Part shown: positions 1 through 14,050 of the stretch, piece after piece
Layout of the letters: the number at the start of each line of letters is the position of its first letter
Position numbering within the stretch: position 1 is the first letter of the stretch
Assembly: GCF_006345805.1 (NCBI RefSeq)
Contig: NC_043000.1
Coordinates: forward strand, 160,518,001 to 160,582,000
Length of the DNA stretch: 64,000 nt
Origin: Octopus sinensis
Lineage: Eukaryota
Direction of reading: 5' to 3'
Position numbers and translations under genes: made by a program
Notes under the pieces: generated by a model
Database searches by the model: none
Seen by the model: the letters and a program-made list of their open reading frames with translations, nothing else
What the model was told of the DNA's origin: nothing

Positions 1-814
1 TGGTCATTCAACCGTTCATTCATCGACACGTGCGTGCCATCGGAAGAGTTAGCAAATTCGGTCAATGTGTTCCTCACAAACTTTCCGAGGTTAATAGCGC
101 GCAGAGAGCGAATGTATGCTCTTCTTTACTGTCATGCCTCACGAATGAACCTTTTTTGGACTGAATAGTGAGTGGTGAAGAGAAATGGATTCTCTATGAA
201 AATGTGAAGCGCCGAAGACAGTGGGTAAGTAAAGGAGAAACAGCGGCTTCCCAGGCTAACGAAGATCTTCACCCACGTAAGGTATTGTTATCTGTTTGGT
301 GGGATATTAAAGGTTTTGTCCACTTTGGACTTTTAAAACTAAACCAAACGATAACAAAGCAAATCGACTGCGAGCAGCTTGAGAGGCTTAAGTAGGAGCT
401 AGAAGGAAAACGATCATCTTCAGTTTGAAGACGAAAGGTGTTCTTCCATCATGATAATGCTCGGCCACATACAGCGAGAATGGCATTCCAAAGGCTGGAG
501 CAGTTTGAATGGGAAACGATGCCCCACCCACCATATTCGCCAGATATACCTCCATTTGATTATCATTTATTCTGCAGTCTTCAAAACCATTTGGAGGGAA
601 AAATAGGAATTCTATAGAACAGTGCTGGAGGATCATTTCTCGTCACGGACAAGTGACTATTGGAAGAGGGGCCTTGCAAGCCTCCCAGATAGATGGAAGA
701 GCATTGTAGAAAATGAAGGAGAGTATGTTTTAGATTCAGAAATTAATTCGTTTCTTTTAAATTTGCTAAGTGTAAGAAGTATATAACAACCTCATTATTT
801 ATGGGATGACCTAA
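1..814 (+). mobile_element. mariner (DD34D) transposon relic, 3' two-thirds, cut by the window edge
   Basis: Translation gives IVSGEEKWILY, KVLLSVWWDIKG, FHHDNARPH and HPPYSPDIPPFDYHLF, with 34 residues between the second and third catalytic Asp. Right TIR cattatttatgggatgacctaa (793-814) is followed by TA. Stops and frameshifts are present. Homologous to 21044-22260. Confidence 0.93.
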
Positions 815-888
815 TATATACACCTATATAGAAAAAGATAGGCATCCCAAAATACATATACTTGAATATATATATATGAGTGTGTGCG

Positions 889-917
889 TGTCTATCTATC
901 TATCTATCTATCTATCG

Positions 918-987
<70 letters not shown>

Positions 988-998
988 CTGCCTCTCTG

Positions 999-1071
<73 letters not shown>

Positions 1072-1079
1072 ATATATAT

Positions 1080-1121
<42 letters not shown>

Positions 1122-1187
1122 TACATTTACATACACCTCTCTCTCCCTTCTCTTTCTCACTCTCCCTTCTCATTATCTCTCTCTCTC

Positions 1188-1236
<49 letters not shown>

Positions 1237-1374
1237 TCGCATACCGCTACATTTATATACCTGTATGCATGCGAGTATGTTTGTGTGTGTGTGTTTGTAT
1301 GTATATCCGGGTACATAAGCAACATTGTCTTTTCAGTGGTTTCCTTCATCCTCTGCGCCCTGTTCCTTATCACT

Positions 1375-1435
<61 letters not shown>
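889..1435. repeat. compound microsatellite block (TATC)n, (TA)n, (CT)n
   Basis: Directly visible; explains ORFs 876..1091, 880..1482, 884..1318 and others. Confidence 0.97.
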
Positions 1436-1439
<4 letters not shown>

Positions 1440-2085
1440 CTGTGCTGTAAACGTACGCAAATACATTTCTCTCACGACTTGACACATTGAAATGACCAGA
1501 AAACATATGTACACAAGTGTGACACAAACCAAATAAAAACTTGTCCAGTGCGCGACATATGTTAAAAACAAATAACATTATAAAGAATCTCTTCCTTTCT
1601 GGTACTTCTATGTTAATATCATACGAATGTATATTTATCCTAGCGTGTACTGTAATCCTAAACCTCCCTTTTAGCAGATGGGGTGGAGATAAATCCGTTC
1701 GTAAAGAATTAAAAGAAGTTGGCCTATCAAATCAATTTCTCTGTTACAGTTAATTTAAGTAAGATGTCGGTTGATGACATGAGGTAAACAAAGCGTCTTG
1801 ATGGTGTAAGTACGTGATGTCAGTACAGTATCGTAGAAGACAATACCTTCCGAATATTTCCTGTTATATTCGTCTTATACGAGTTGTATACAAAGAAATG
1901 GAATTGCTAATCTCAGAAGAAATTAGATTACCAACGAAATTGTTTTGTTTTTAAATCTGGTGCATTTATTGCTTTTAAATGTTGATAGTATATTCCTCCC
2001 CCGGAATTTCAGGCCTTGTGTTTATAATAGAAAGTAATACACTATCAACATATTTGAAAGCAATATATGCAGCAGAGTTTTTTTT

Positions 2086-2247
2086 AGGAGTGTGGCTGTG
2101 TGGTAAGTAGCTTGCTTACAAACCACATGGTTCCGGGTTCAGTCCCACTACGTGGCAACTTGGGAAAGTGTCTTCTACTATAGCCTCGGGCCGACCAAAG
2201 CCTTGTGAGTGGATTTGGTAGACGGAAACTGAAAGAAGCCCATCGTA

Positions 2248-2308
<61 letters not shown>

Positions 2309-2748
2309 CGGGAAGCTTTATGAAAATAAACAAAAGATGAAGGCAGGTGGAAAACAAACGAACAATTGTATTAGTATGGCGCTCAGGAAATATAAATAAA
2401 ACAAGTCTTTAACGTTTCGAGCCTACGCTCTTCAACAGAAAGATACACAGAGAGAGAAAAACACAGAAAGGAGAGAAAAAAAAGGAGAGAAAAAAATTAA
2501 AAAATATATATATATATATATGTGTGTGTGTATATGTATGTGTTTGTGTGTCCGTGTTTGTCCCCCCAACATCGCTTGACAACCGATGGTGGTGTGTTTA
2601 CGTCCCCATAACTTAGAGGTTCGGCAAAAGAGACCGATAGAATAAGTACTATGCTTACAAAGAATAAGTCATGGGGTTGAATTGCTCGACTAAAAGGCGG
2701 TGCTCCATCGTGGCCGCAGTCAAATGACTGAAACAAGTAAAAGAGTAA
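2086..2748 (+). mobile_element. tRNA-derived SINE family A with central (TA)n/(TG)n, interrupted by a PLE tail
   Basis: Head ggctgtgtggtaagtagcttgc...ggttcagtccc (A/B-box-like), body gacggaaactgaaagaagccc and tail gactgaaacaagtaaaagag recur in about 10 copies in the window. Foreign insert at ~2305-2500. Confidence 0.88.
2305..2500 (-). mobile_element. short PLE 3' tail with minimal hammerhead-like motif
   Basis: Reverse complement of 2407-2442 is CTTT CTGTTGA A GAGC GTAG GCTC GAA ACGTT AAAG. Related to 10870-11030 and 17150-17275; ends in (TA)n. Confidence 0.7.
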
Positions 2749-3329
2749 ATATGTTGAAAGTATATTACTTTATTTCTGCGAAAATCACTGAATCTACCAA
2801 TCGCGAGGAAAGACACGTGCATTCCTCGGAGATCTTATATGCAATAAACCGATAATTGTTTTGAAGGGAAGCTTTGTCTTTCCTAATCATCTCAGCAAAT
2901 TTAATGACACATCAGTAAGGGAAAAATTACAAGCTTGCTTGACCATCTGGAAATAGTAACCAAATCTCTACCAAATTAGTTTCTGCTGTAAAACATAGCA
3001 GGATGTAAAATTGAATAAATAGCATGAGATAAGTTACATTAAGAAAAAAAAAACCGGAGGGTCACGGGTAGAATGTCTTTAGTCGTAGGTTTGCTGGAAA
3101 ACAGCTGATCTGTATTTAAATAATCCGAAACGTATATTTGTGGATATATGGACTTTCATGCTTTGATGTAAATATAGATAACACACCTAGGCCTACACTA
3201 ACTGAGAGCAATGTGACGGTCATCAGTTAATGCTCAATATTATTGCAATTGAATGTCATCGAATTTTAGAAGTAAATATTAATTATTCCTGTACAATAGT
3301 TTTATGATAATAGCGTAATAGGCCTCTCA

Positions 3330-4670
3330 GCAATTTACCTACTCTGCAAGGAATATTGGGTATATTTCTCTCAAACCTTCCCCGATTATCTAAAAGAGCG
3401 AACACATTGGATAATGTAGAAAATTTAAGAGGGGATCGTCATGACAGAAATATCTTTTCTCATTGGTGTTCTTGAGAAGAGCTGACCTGATATTTAACGA
3501 CGACAACAGAGAATGTAGAATCATCGGTAAAGGGCAGACCATTGGGGAGAGAAAGATTTAAAGGGAAATTTGGCAGAATGGTCAGTCGCCCGCTGACACT
3601 CGTTGAAGCTGCATCAAAGAGGTCAGGGAACAGAAGAAAGAAGGAGAAAGAACAAATGCACTCAATACCAGAGCTGAAGACACCTCTGAGTAGGGAGGGA
3701 GCGCCACGTCGAAAACGGTAGAGGTGTAGGGGCCGAAACCGGACGTGGTTCCTCCTGATGTTATCTTTAGCAACTAGATCCTATAAAGGAGCTACGAAAC
3801 GTGGTTGGAATTCCTCAGATACTGACTGCAGGGAAAGACTTGCTGACAATCCAGAAAGCGGAATGACAAAGCGGGGTGACACTTGACAGTACGACAACGT
3901 AACGAAGGATCAAATGGGCTTGCAGCCCGATCCGGGGTTAAGTTGCAACAAATAAGCATGATGAACCATGCTCCCATGATCCGGGAGTATGGGTGGAGAA
4001 TAAAGGATCAAACAGGAACAGAAAAAAGGAATGGACTTCGACTGGAAATGGACAACGAGAAAGGAAACGGTAAAGGAATGGTAGGTGAGGAATTCAGATG
4101 CCGCGGAAAGGTGTTTGCTAATTGCATCGGGTTGAGAATTCACCAAGGGAAGGTGTGTCAGAGGAAAGTAACTCAACAGCGCGGGTTGAAAAAGCATAAG
4201 ATGTATGGCCACAATCTCCCGGAAAGAAACTATAGCGAGTGTCATTCCACAGTTTAATCGGAACAGCCAAAAAGCGTGATAGGCGTGAAAAAGCCAAAGA
4301 TTAAGAGGCCGAAAGCAAATGATGCAGCGAGCTATAAATAATTCGACGACGAGGTCACAAGAATGACCATCAAATTCAAAAGGGGACGATGAGCAAAAGC
4401 TCGAGAATTTGGTTAATATAATCTACCAGGAAGGAGAGAAAAGATTTGGACTTGAAGCAATAGGGAATGTAAGAATCATCGGCAAATGGCGGACCATTGA
4501 GGAGAGAAAGATTTAAAGGAAAATTTGTCAGGATGGTGAGTCGAAAACGGTAAAGGTGTAGGGGCCGAAACCGGACGTGGTTCCTTCTGATATTGTCTTT
4601 AGCCACTGGATTCTATAAAGGAACTGTTGAGGTAGAAAACGACGAAACGTGGTTGGAATTCCTTCCTTGT
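3330..4670 (-). mobile_element. unclassified decayed interspersed element with internal duplication
   Basis: Less AT-rich than its flanks. 3520-3810 is repeated in diverged form at 4475-4665. Broken coding-like frames (VAKDNIRRNHVRFRPLHLYRFR occurs twice); family not recognised. Confidence 0.45.
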
Positions 4671-5522
4671 CCTGAATATCAACAACCATGATCTATTATT
4701 ATAAGTGCACTATAATTTAATAGGGGAAACAATAAGGTGGATTTGGAATGTAAAGTTTGCTAATTCATTTACACGAAATATATTTCTCCCATTGTAGACC
4801 CTTGGCAGGTCAAAGTGAGTTTTCTGTAGCTTCTTTACGGGTTCCTGCACTCTTAGTGCTACTTTTGTCAGCTTTGCATTTCATCGTTACTCTGCCCCCT
4901 CTCAGCGTTGGATTAACATGATTATTATAGTATATAATTGTATTTATTGTGACACTTTACGTTCGGTTTTCTCATTTCACCTCGAGCTCATCACTCGAGT
5001 GCTAGAGAACCTGCATAATCCTCAACCAGTCGATGTGTACCGACACAATTACAAGAAGCCTAGACAAACAGGCAAGATCAAGCTGATGTTTCTTTCAATA
5101 GTCGATCGGCAAAAGAAGGTGGCTCTCAGCACATGCTTGTCATTACGCTATTTTCCCATCAGGCATATTTAGCCATGAAAAATCTTTCATGTATCGCCAT
5201 CATTCATTTTTCTTTACAATGATAAATCTGTAATGTTATATTTCTTGTATAAAAGTAGTAGGGAAGGCATTGTTTGCAGTTGGGTTTTTTTTAATGTGGT
5301 ACATCTACTGGTTGACTACAAACAGGGCCCCATCCTTCTTTTCCTGTATCCCTTTTCCAATGTTCACACCTTCCTAATCATTCACTTGATATATACAGCA
5401 TACTATTTTCATCAACTACATTAATAAACTGTGATCATAAATAGTTTCTCGATAGAAATACTTTTACTCTGTGGAGACCTCTTCCCATATATACATGTAT
5501 ATATACATATATACATGTATAT

Positions 5523-5586
<64 letters not shown>

Positions 5587-5680
5587 ATATATATATGTAT
5601 GTATATATAGGAATATTTATATGATATAATATATATATATCATATAAATATATATATAAACATACATACGCATATATATA

Positions 5681-5717
<37 letters not shown>

Positions 5718-5902
5718 AATATTAGGAATAAATCCAAATTTACAGGGAAAAAATCAGATTAGGATTAAATCGATTTTATAGTAAAATATTATAAAATATT
5801 ATTCGAGACAAAACCACTATTTTGCAAAACAAACAAGGAAAGACTTAATCAATACATAAAATTTTAATAAATAGTCAAATATATGTATATATAATATATA
5901 TG

Positions 5903-5934
<32 letters not shown>

Positions 5935-5959
5935 ATATGAATGTATAAATATATATACA

Positions 5960-6186
5960 TACACTGGTCTGATCGCTTAGACAGTGGCGACATTTGAAGG
6001 CTAAAACAATGCGAAGCATTGTGACCAGCGATGTGTAGCAACATCTGATAACCTGGTCGGTCCCGGTGATCACGGTGATACATACATACATGCATGCATA
6101 CATAGATACATACATGCATACATACATACACACATACACACATACATACATACATGCATGCATACATACATACATACATACATACA

Positions 6187-6218
<32 letters not shown>

Positions 6219-6225
6219 GATACAT
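5960..6225 (+). mobile_element. probable RTE-type LINE 3' end with (TACA)n tail
   Basis: Short coding-like end LRQWRHLKAKTMRSIVTSDV*, then ggtcccggtgatcacggtga directly joined to (TACA)n. A similar accgggacc motif abuts (TATG)n at ~9805 on the opposite strand. Confidence 0.45.
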
Positions 6226-6436
6226 ACATATATTTCTTATGGTAGAGAAATAGCTAGTTTTAATTGCTATTTCTAAATTTCGGTATGTTGGGAAGTAAAT
6301 TTTTTACTGAACCCTAATTATAATTATACTTATAATTATTAAAAAGTTTTGTTTAAGTTTACCGATAATAGTTCTTTTAACACACCGAACTACTTAATAA
6401 AATTATTAATTATTAATTAATTTATTAATTTTACCC

Positions 6437-6513
<77 letters not shown>

Positions 6514-6514
<1 letters not shown>

Positions 6515-6848
6515 TTTCAGTAGTTTTATTTTTATTTTTATAGCGTGCTTTCACTTCACTACCGAGCGCAGCTCTGTGTGCCTTGGGTATGTGCTGTGAT
6601 TTGTTGTGATGCTCTGATGGTTATTGTATGGAAAGTGTTCTGCGTAGGATGTGTGCAGTGCCTAGTAGTGCAATTTTCTGTATGTTATATGTGTTTGTAA
6701 GTCCTGGTGTTTTTGTTATGTATTTGTCTGAATATTTTTTTATCATGCCTAATGCACCTACTATGATAGGAATTGTTTCTGTTTTCAGATTCCACATTCT
6801 AGTTACCTCTATTTCCAGGTCTTTGTATTTTGAGAGTTTCTCCATTTC

Positions 6849-6850
<2 letters not shown>
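6514..6850 (-). mobile_element. R4/Dong-clade non-LTR retrotransposon 3' end (restriction-like endonuclease C-terminus), 5'-truncated
   Basis: ORF 6621..6845 reads EKLSKYKDLEIEVTRMWNLKTETIPIIVGALG...QKIALLGTAHILRRTL, matching the R4/Dong C-terminal pattern. Flanked by (TAA)n on both sides. Confidence 0.85.
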
Positions 6851-6892
<42 letters not shown>

Positions 6893-6913
6893 TATTATTA
6901 TTATTATTATTAA

Positions 6914-7327
<414 letters not shown>

Positions 7328-9061
7328 CACAAATATATATCATGTGTATTCTCTAGATATCAGTTATATAATTTGTGATTTCACTAAAACAACATTATTC
7401 AGCTTTTTGTTTTTGTTAGCGAATATCTACTTCTATAGTTCCTTCAATTTTGAGAATATATTTTCGTGCCCTCTTTCACACCTTCGCAATGGCCACAAAT
7501 TTTCTGTATCCTTCATTCTATTTTTTCTTATATTTCGCCTGCTTCATCAACATGAGTGTTTCTGTCACGTGTCACCTCCCTGCTATAGTTTCTCTTTTTC
7601 CTTACTACATTGCTTGTAGTGATTGTGACATATTTAGACACTCCCCACACGGACGCACACACACGTATGTGTGTGTGTTTCCGCAAGCCAAATTTCTACA
7701 GTAATCTAATCGAGTTATTGCATGCAGTCATACTTCTGAAATAATACATTAACAAGTAGCAATACTTAGGCCGAAAAATTCTTTTTACCATGATTTGCTC
7801 CCTTTCAAAGCTCGGTCACATCGGTCCACAAAAAATATTAGAGATTATAAAACACCTTTTGGAAACATCTTTTATGGATCTAGAAAAAGATATAATGTCT
7901 ATCTGTGAATGACCTGAAGCTACAGAGACTGATTTAAAGACAATTAGATATCTTTCCCTAATATTGCAGACGTTTGAGAATAAAATGTTGTGTTAAAAGA
8001 CGTACTGTCAGTGATAAAGTAATACAAAAAGCGTTGTCAAAAAATAATAATCAATGACTTGGCTAAACATGTTATAAGGCCAAGTGTGATCTGTAAATAT
8101 TTTAGACTCTATGAGAAGCATTTTGCTCATAGCAATTTGCAGAAACTATCCTGAATCCTAAATTTTGTTTCCTGATTTACCTAGACAAATTCAAGAAACT
8201 GTTTACTCTTAGTTGAAGTATTAGCACAGCAAATATACAAGATTATAATGTTAATATTTCCCAATACAGGAAGACGACAAAAATTACTTCTATAATTTCA
8301 TCATGAGTTCCAGTTTGTAACACTGAAGAAACATCAACAGCAGAGAAAGCTTTCAAAACAGAGTATTCCTCAACTATGAAAATATAGAAATACGGACAAG
8401 ATGAAAAAGTATTGTATACTTGACCGGAAACATAAAATCGAAACAATTATTGATCTCTCTCTAAAACTCATTTGGAAATTTTACTTACACTTTCCCCAAT
8501 AACAAGAACCAGTTCCTCGCAAAGGATGTGCGGCGTTGCAGAATTAAAAATTGTAGCGAATAACGAGAATAACCTCCACTGGACGAGTAATACAGGGTGC
8601 GAAATAGATTTAGGTGCTTTTACAGAAAAGTCAAAATACAAGACGCTGATTGAATACAACGGAAAAAAATCTCAACTGGAGCCATTCATTGGATTCGTTT
8701 TACGTGATGTCGCGTGGTATGATGTGGAAGTGAGAGGAAACTAAAATGAAATATGAAATAAAACAAAGCAATAAATAATACAGCTTTCTACCTTTAAAGA
8801 GATGGATAAAAAGAATATTGGTAGTGAGAATATTGGTAATCCCCGAAGGCTTTGGTATTGTTGTTCCTACTAACAAAACAAACGTATGCTTGTTTGTGGA
8901 AGACATCAGCCCATTTGGTGCCAATCGGGAAATCTGTAAGAATGCACGTATGTATGTATGTACGTATGTATGTATGTATGTATGTATGTATGTATGTATG
9001 TATGTATGTATGTATGTATGTATGTATGTATGTATGTATGTATGTATGTATGTATGCATGG

Positions 9062-9562
9062 CATGGTCGGATCGTCGGCGACTAAACCGGCAACCCCACC
9101 AAGCATGCTTGGTGAGGAGGCTGTTTATTGGACACCCTGCGGGATGAAAAACAAAGCCCGTCAAAAGGCGGAGGAACTCTTGAGAGTCAACGGCCATCCA
9201 ATAAATGTCTTAAGGCTGTATCATGCGCGGGGATATAGAAATAATCGGACTGAATACCCGATCGCACGGTTAAACCATTGGGAGTGAAGGACTCCTAGCC
9301 TTTGTTAGGGCATCCATCTAGGAGAACGTAACTCAGGTAACTGGGATAATTCCGACATAAAACCTGCGGCTCAGTGGTTACCGATGATGTTGACTTGTTC
9401 TTCTTTTCGGATTATGGCTGCTGTTGCTTAGTGAGTGGGATTGACTCAGTGCACAGCCTTTCCTCACTTTAAAAAAAATCTTCTTGCACAGGCATTGCGC
9501 AATAACAACATTGATTAAGCTTCGTGCAATGACCATACTCGATAACGAGGGGGAAGCCACCA
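9062..9562 (+). mobile_element. RTE-type 5'-UTR-derived non-autonomous element within (TATG)n
   Basis: Contains tctaggagaacgtaactc (9317-9334), resembling the RTE/BovB 5'-UTR motif tctaggagaagg-aaactc, plus several hairpins. No ORF; (TATG)n on both sides. Confidence 0.55.
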
Positions 9563-10702
9563 CGTACGTAAGTATGTATGTATGTATGTATGCATGTGTG
9601 TATGTATGTATGCATGTATGTATGTATGTATGTATGTATGCATGCATGCATGCATGTATGTATGTATGTATGCGTGTATGTATGTATGTATGTATGTATG
9701 CATGTATGTATGTATTTATGTATGCATATATGTATGTATGTGTGTATGTATGTATGAATGCATGTATGTATGTATGCATGTACGTATGTATGTATGTATT
9801 TATGACCGGGACCAGAAAGTCTTGTATTTGCATAATGGTTTATCTCCAGCCAATATCATGTGAGAACTTCTGCGTGTGACACATTTTGGTTGTTACCTGA
9901 TCAACGTATATTTCAGTTGGGTGTCTAATGCGACGGTACCTATGAAGATTGTGTCACTTTCGGTAGTCTTCAAAGGAGAGATCTTCTAAACAGATACTTC
10001 TTACTTCACTCATTATATTCAACAAATCTAATGCTTGTTTGTTTAAGGGTATCTTATATTTATGGAATTAATGTATAATCCTTCATTAAAAGGACTTGTA
10101 TTTTTTTATGAAACATTCGAAACAGAAAGAAGCATGCGTCTCTTGTTATTTCCAAAATAGTTGCAAGTTCTTTTGTTTGGGCATATCGGGAAGAACAAAT
10201 GACAAACACAGAATAACGTCTACGTTGAGAAAAGCCTACTTAGATTCTCTGAGAAATAACATTTTCACGCTGTGCTCAGAATTGCAAGTGTTGCCCGAAT
10301 TCTGCTGAAAACTTCAATTCTTGTTTTCGTAAATATTGAGTTGTTTCCGCGAAAAAGTTTAAAGGAAATATCCAGGAGAATAATTACAATGTAGGTAAAT
10401 GTTACTTAAGTGTCCAAGGATTTAAATCCAGGATAGTGAGTCGTATTTAGTAGATATTAGGAAAATCAAACAACGAGGCGAAATCTCGGGATTTTGTTAA
10501 GCCATTTATATCTTCAATTCTTCTACATATGTTTCGATGGATGCACTCCAAAATGTCCAGCAGGATAAATTATGGTCGCCAATGCATCATCCTTATCAGG
10601 AAGGATATAAACTCATCAAATAGACATGTTAACAAAAATAGAAAGTCTTATAAAATGCAACATATTTATATGCGTGTGCATGTGTGTATGCATGTATGTA
10701 TG

Positions 10703-10748
<46 letters not shown>

Positions 10749-10811
10749 ATATATACATACACAAATATATATGTATATACATTTATATGTATATATATAT
10801 ATACAAGTATA

Positions 10812-11232
10812 TTACTCTTTTACACTTTTACTAGTCAAGCAATGCTGGAGGGGGGGACACTAGCCACTACTAAGATTTTTTTCTCTCCTTGTTTTTTCTG
10901 TGTACCTTTCTGTAGAAGAGGGTAGGCTCGAAAGGTAAAAGACTTTTTTCTATTCCTGAGCGTTATACTAATATATCTGCTTGTTTTGTACATCTGTCTT
11001 CGTCTTTTGTTTTTTCGTAAACTTTCCCTATATACATATACATATATACATATACATATATATATATATATATATATTCAACGGGCTTCATACTGTGTCC
11101 GTCTACCAAACCAAATCACAAGGCTTTGGTGGGCCCGAGGCTATAGTAGAAGACACTTGCCACAGGTGCTACGCAGTAGGACTGAACTGTCGTTGGTAAG
11201 CAAGCTACTTATCACTCAGCCACTCCTGCACC
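10812..11232 (-). mobile_element. SINE family A copy, degenerate, interrupted by a PLE tail
   Basis: Head and body at 11075-11232, 3' remnant at 10812-10860, PLE-tail insert at ~10870-11030. Confidence 0.7.
10870..11030 (+). mobile_element. PLE tail with degenerate minimal hammerhead motif
   Basis: 10906-10941 reads CTTT CTGTAGA A GAGG GTAG GCTC GAA AGGTA AAAG; ends aaactttccc|TATA. Confidence 0.65.
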
Positions 11233-11652
11233 CATGTATATACATATGTACGTTTGCATGTATGTATGTATGTATATATACATATATATATATACATATG
11301 TATGTATATATATATCTATATATGTATATAGATATATGTATAAATAAATAGATAAATAAATAAATAAATATATATATATTTAAAAGTTAATGAACAAATC
11401 AAGATTCTTTCCTTGCCACCCATATAGTTGACAGTCAAAATTAATTCTGAATAATAAAGACATATATAAAAAAAGACTTCCATACATCCCTCCATCCATC
11501 CATCCATACATACATGCATACATGTGCATAAACTTGCACGCATCAACTGCATCAGCCGACCACATACCCTGACAGCTTTCTTAATTGGAAGAAAAGATCA
11601 CTGCCATTTGGTTAGTGGCCAGATTCAGTTCTCCAAATGACAGGAGAAAAGT

Positions 11653-11689
<37 letters not shown>

Positions 11690-12443
11690 ACACACACACA
11701 CAAACGCACAAGCGCACTGATGCCTACACATGTCCATGCACACATGCACGCTCTGGCGCATAACAAAAAGCAAGAATCATGGTGATTCTGTACAATTCAA
11801 ATGTATACGCAGTTTAATATCATATAAAATATTGATACAATACGTAGAAAAAAATTAGGCGAAAATGAAAGAAAAGATAAAAAGAATTCTAGTATTAGCG
11901 AGAAGTAATTAAAACTAGAAATAAAATGTTGTATAAAGACATAGAAAAACTTTCATGGAAAGGGATACCATGAGAAAAAGTATTTATGCTGGTGTGTACT
12001 TGTCTGCAGCTATGTGGGTGTGATGTTATTTTCAACTAAATAAAAAGAAATAAACGAAAATGACGTTAATACGTAGATTTCTTGATAAGCCAACTACAGT
12101 TACCTCCCTTTGTTTGCCTTTACCTTGCTTGTTTATCAGGTGGAAAATGGAGAGTGTAAATGAAGTATACGATATTAATTACATACGGCACTATCAGTAT
12201 TAAATGTTAAGCGATTCTTTAAAGCAGTAACAGCCCTCCCGATAGGCACGCGTGCATGCATGTATGTTTCTGGTTATGTATGCATATATGTGCATATACA
12301 AGCATATGTGTGTGCGTGTGTGTGTAGAACCACACACACTCATATAAGTATATACATATATATATATAAGTATATATACATATATGTGTGTGCGTGTGTG
12401 GTGTGTGTGTGTGCGAGTGTGTGTGTACGCACCTGTGTCTATA

Positions 12444-12508
<65 letters not shown>

Positions 12509-12564
12509 ATATATATATCTATATATGCACATAAATGAATTCATATATAAATGTATACATTTAT

Positions 12565-12961
12565 AGGCGCAGGATTGGCTGTGGTAAGTAGCTTGCTTAC
12601 CAACCACATGGTTCCGGGTTCAGTCCCACTGCGTGGCACCTTGGGCAAGTGCCTTCTACTATAATCTCGGACCCAACAAAGCCTTGTGACTGGATTTGGT
12701 AGACGGAAACTGAAAGAAACCTGTCGTATATATGTATATATATGTGTGTGTGTGTGTGTATATGTTTGTGTGCCTGTGTTTGTCCCCCCAAAATCTCTTG
12801 ACAACCGATGGTGGTGTGTTTACGCCTCCGTAACTTAGCGGCGCGGCAAAATCTCCGATAGAATAAAAACTACGCTTAGAATAAGTCCTGGCGTCGATTT
12901 GGTCGACTAAAGACGGTGCTCCAGGATGGCCGCAGTCAAATGACTACAACAAGTAAAAGAG
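12565..12961 (+). mobile_element. SINE family A, full length
   Basis: Head, central microsatellite and aagtaaaagag tail match 2086-2748. Confidence 0.88.
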
Positions 12962-13033
12962 TATATATATATATGCATATATATGTGTGTGTGTGTGTAT
13001 GTACGTGTGTGCGTGTGCGCAGGTATATAATAC

Positions 13034-13097
<64 letters not shown>

Positions 13098-13104
<7 letters not shown>

Positions 13105-13150
13105 CCACGTCCTCGCGTTATTGTGTTTTTTTGTGTTTTCTTGTTTGGAT

Positions 13151-13155
<5 letters not shown>
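13098..13155 (+). mobile_element. very short PLE tail between (TA)n tracts
   Basis: ttgttccacgtcctcgcgtt...ggattaac matches the reverse complement of 36550-36610. Confidence 0.6.
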
Positions 13156-13193
<38 letters not shown>

Positions 13194-13196
<3 letters not shown>

Positions 13197-13738
13197 TTAT
13201 TCAAAATGAAGGAGCAGATTTCGTATTTACATTTAAAACAACCGGTAAGAGACACAAACATATTCTACATATTTCTTGAGAGGGGAAGGTTTAAAGTTTA
13301 TAACTGATCATGATGAATTGAATTAAGCCTTAAATAAAATAATATTTTAATTTCGTTTAAAAGTTTCATTTTGTTCATTTTATTTAAAGTTGTATAATTA
13401 TCATTTGTGTAATCCCTTAGAGAATGGCGACGCCACAAGAAAAACTTGCTGCAGTTTGTGAAATGCGAATCGATTTTACAAGTGCAACGTGAATTCCGCC
13501 GCCAATTCAGTAAAAATCCACCTCGTCCAAAGCAACTTGAAGAATGGCATAAAAATTTCACAGAAAACGGTTGCATTTGTAAAGGTAAAAAGCACCGGTG
13601 CACATGGTGCTCATGTTGAGTGCATACTACCTAAAAATTATCTTGAAACCCTTCCCCTATCAAGAAATATGTAGAATGTGTTTGTGTCTCTAACTGATTG
13701 TTTCAAAATTAAATTTAATATCTGTTCTTTTCTTTTTG
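13194..13738 (+). mobile_element. internally deleted Tc1/mariner (DD37D-type) element with ~100-bp TIRs
   Basis: Imperfect TIRs at 13194-13297 and 13641-13738 (gagacacaaacatattctacatatttcttga / tcaagaaatatgtagaatgtgtttgtgtctc). Retained HTH N-terminus MATPQEK...VQREFRRQFSKNPP...WHKNFTENGCICKGK from 13423. Confidence 0.75.
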
Positions 13739-13742
13739 TCTT

Positions 13743-14050
13743 CTACAATAGCTTCAGGCCGACCAAAGCCTTGTGAGTGGATTCGGTAGACGGAAACTGA
13801 AAGAAGCCCGAGGTGTATATGTATATAATTGTGTGTGTGGGGGGTGTTTCTGTGTCTGTGTTTGTCCCACCAACTTCACTTGACGACCGATGCTGGTCTG
13901 TTTTCGTCCCCGTAACATAGCGGTTCGGAAAAAGAGAGCGATAAAATAAGTTCTAGGCTTACAAAGAATATGTCCTGGGGTCGATTTGCTCGACTAAAAG
14001 CGGTGCTCCAGAATAGCCGCAGTCAAGTGACTGAAACAAGTAAAAGAGTA
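13743..14050 (+). mobile_element. SINE family A, 5'-truncated
   Basis: Body and gactgaaacaagtaaaagag tail. Confidence 0.85.

Noticed and set aside
7750-8744. Coding-like stretch (ILLTLSPITRTSSSQR...), faintly like a hAT dimerisation domain
   Set aside because: Similarity too weak to call without an HMM search.
9890-10310. Possible small minus-strand exons (e.g. KISPLKTTESDTIFIGTVALDTQLKYTL)
   Set aside because: AG/GT-bounded short open frames are expected by chance; no chain of exons could be built.
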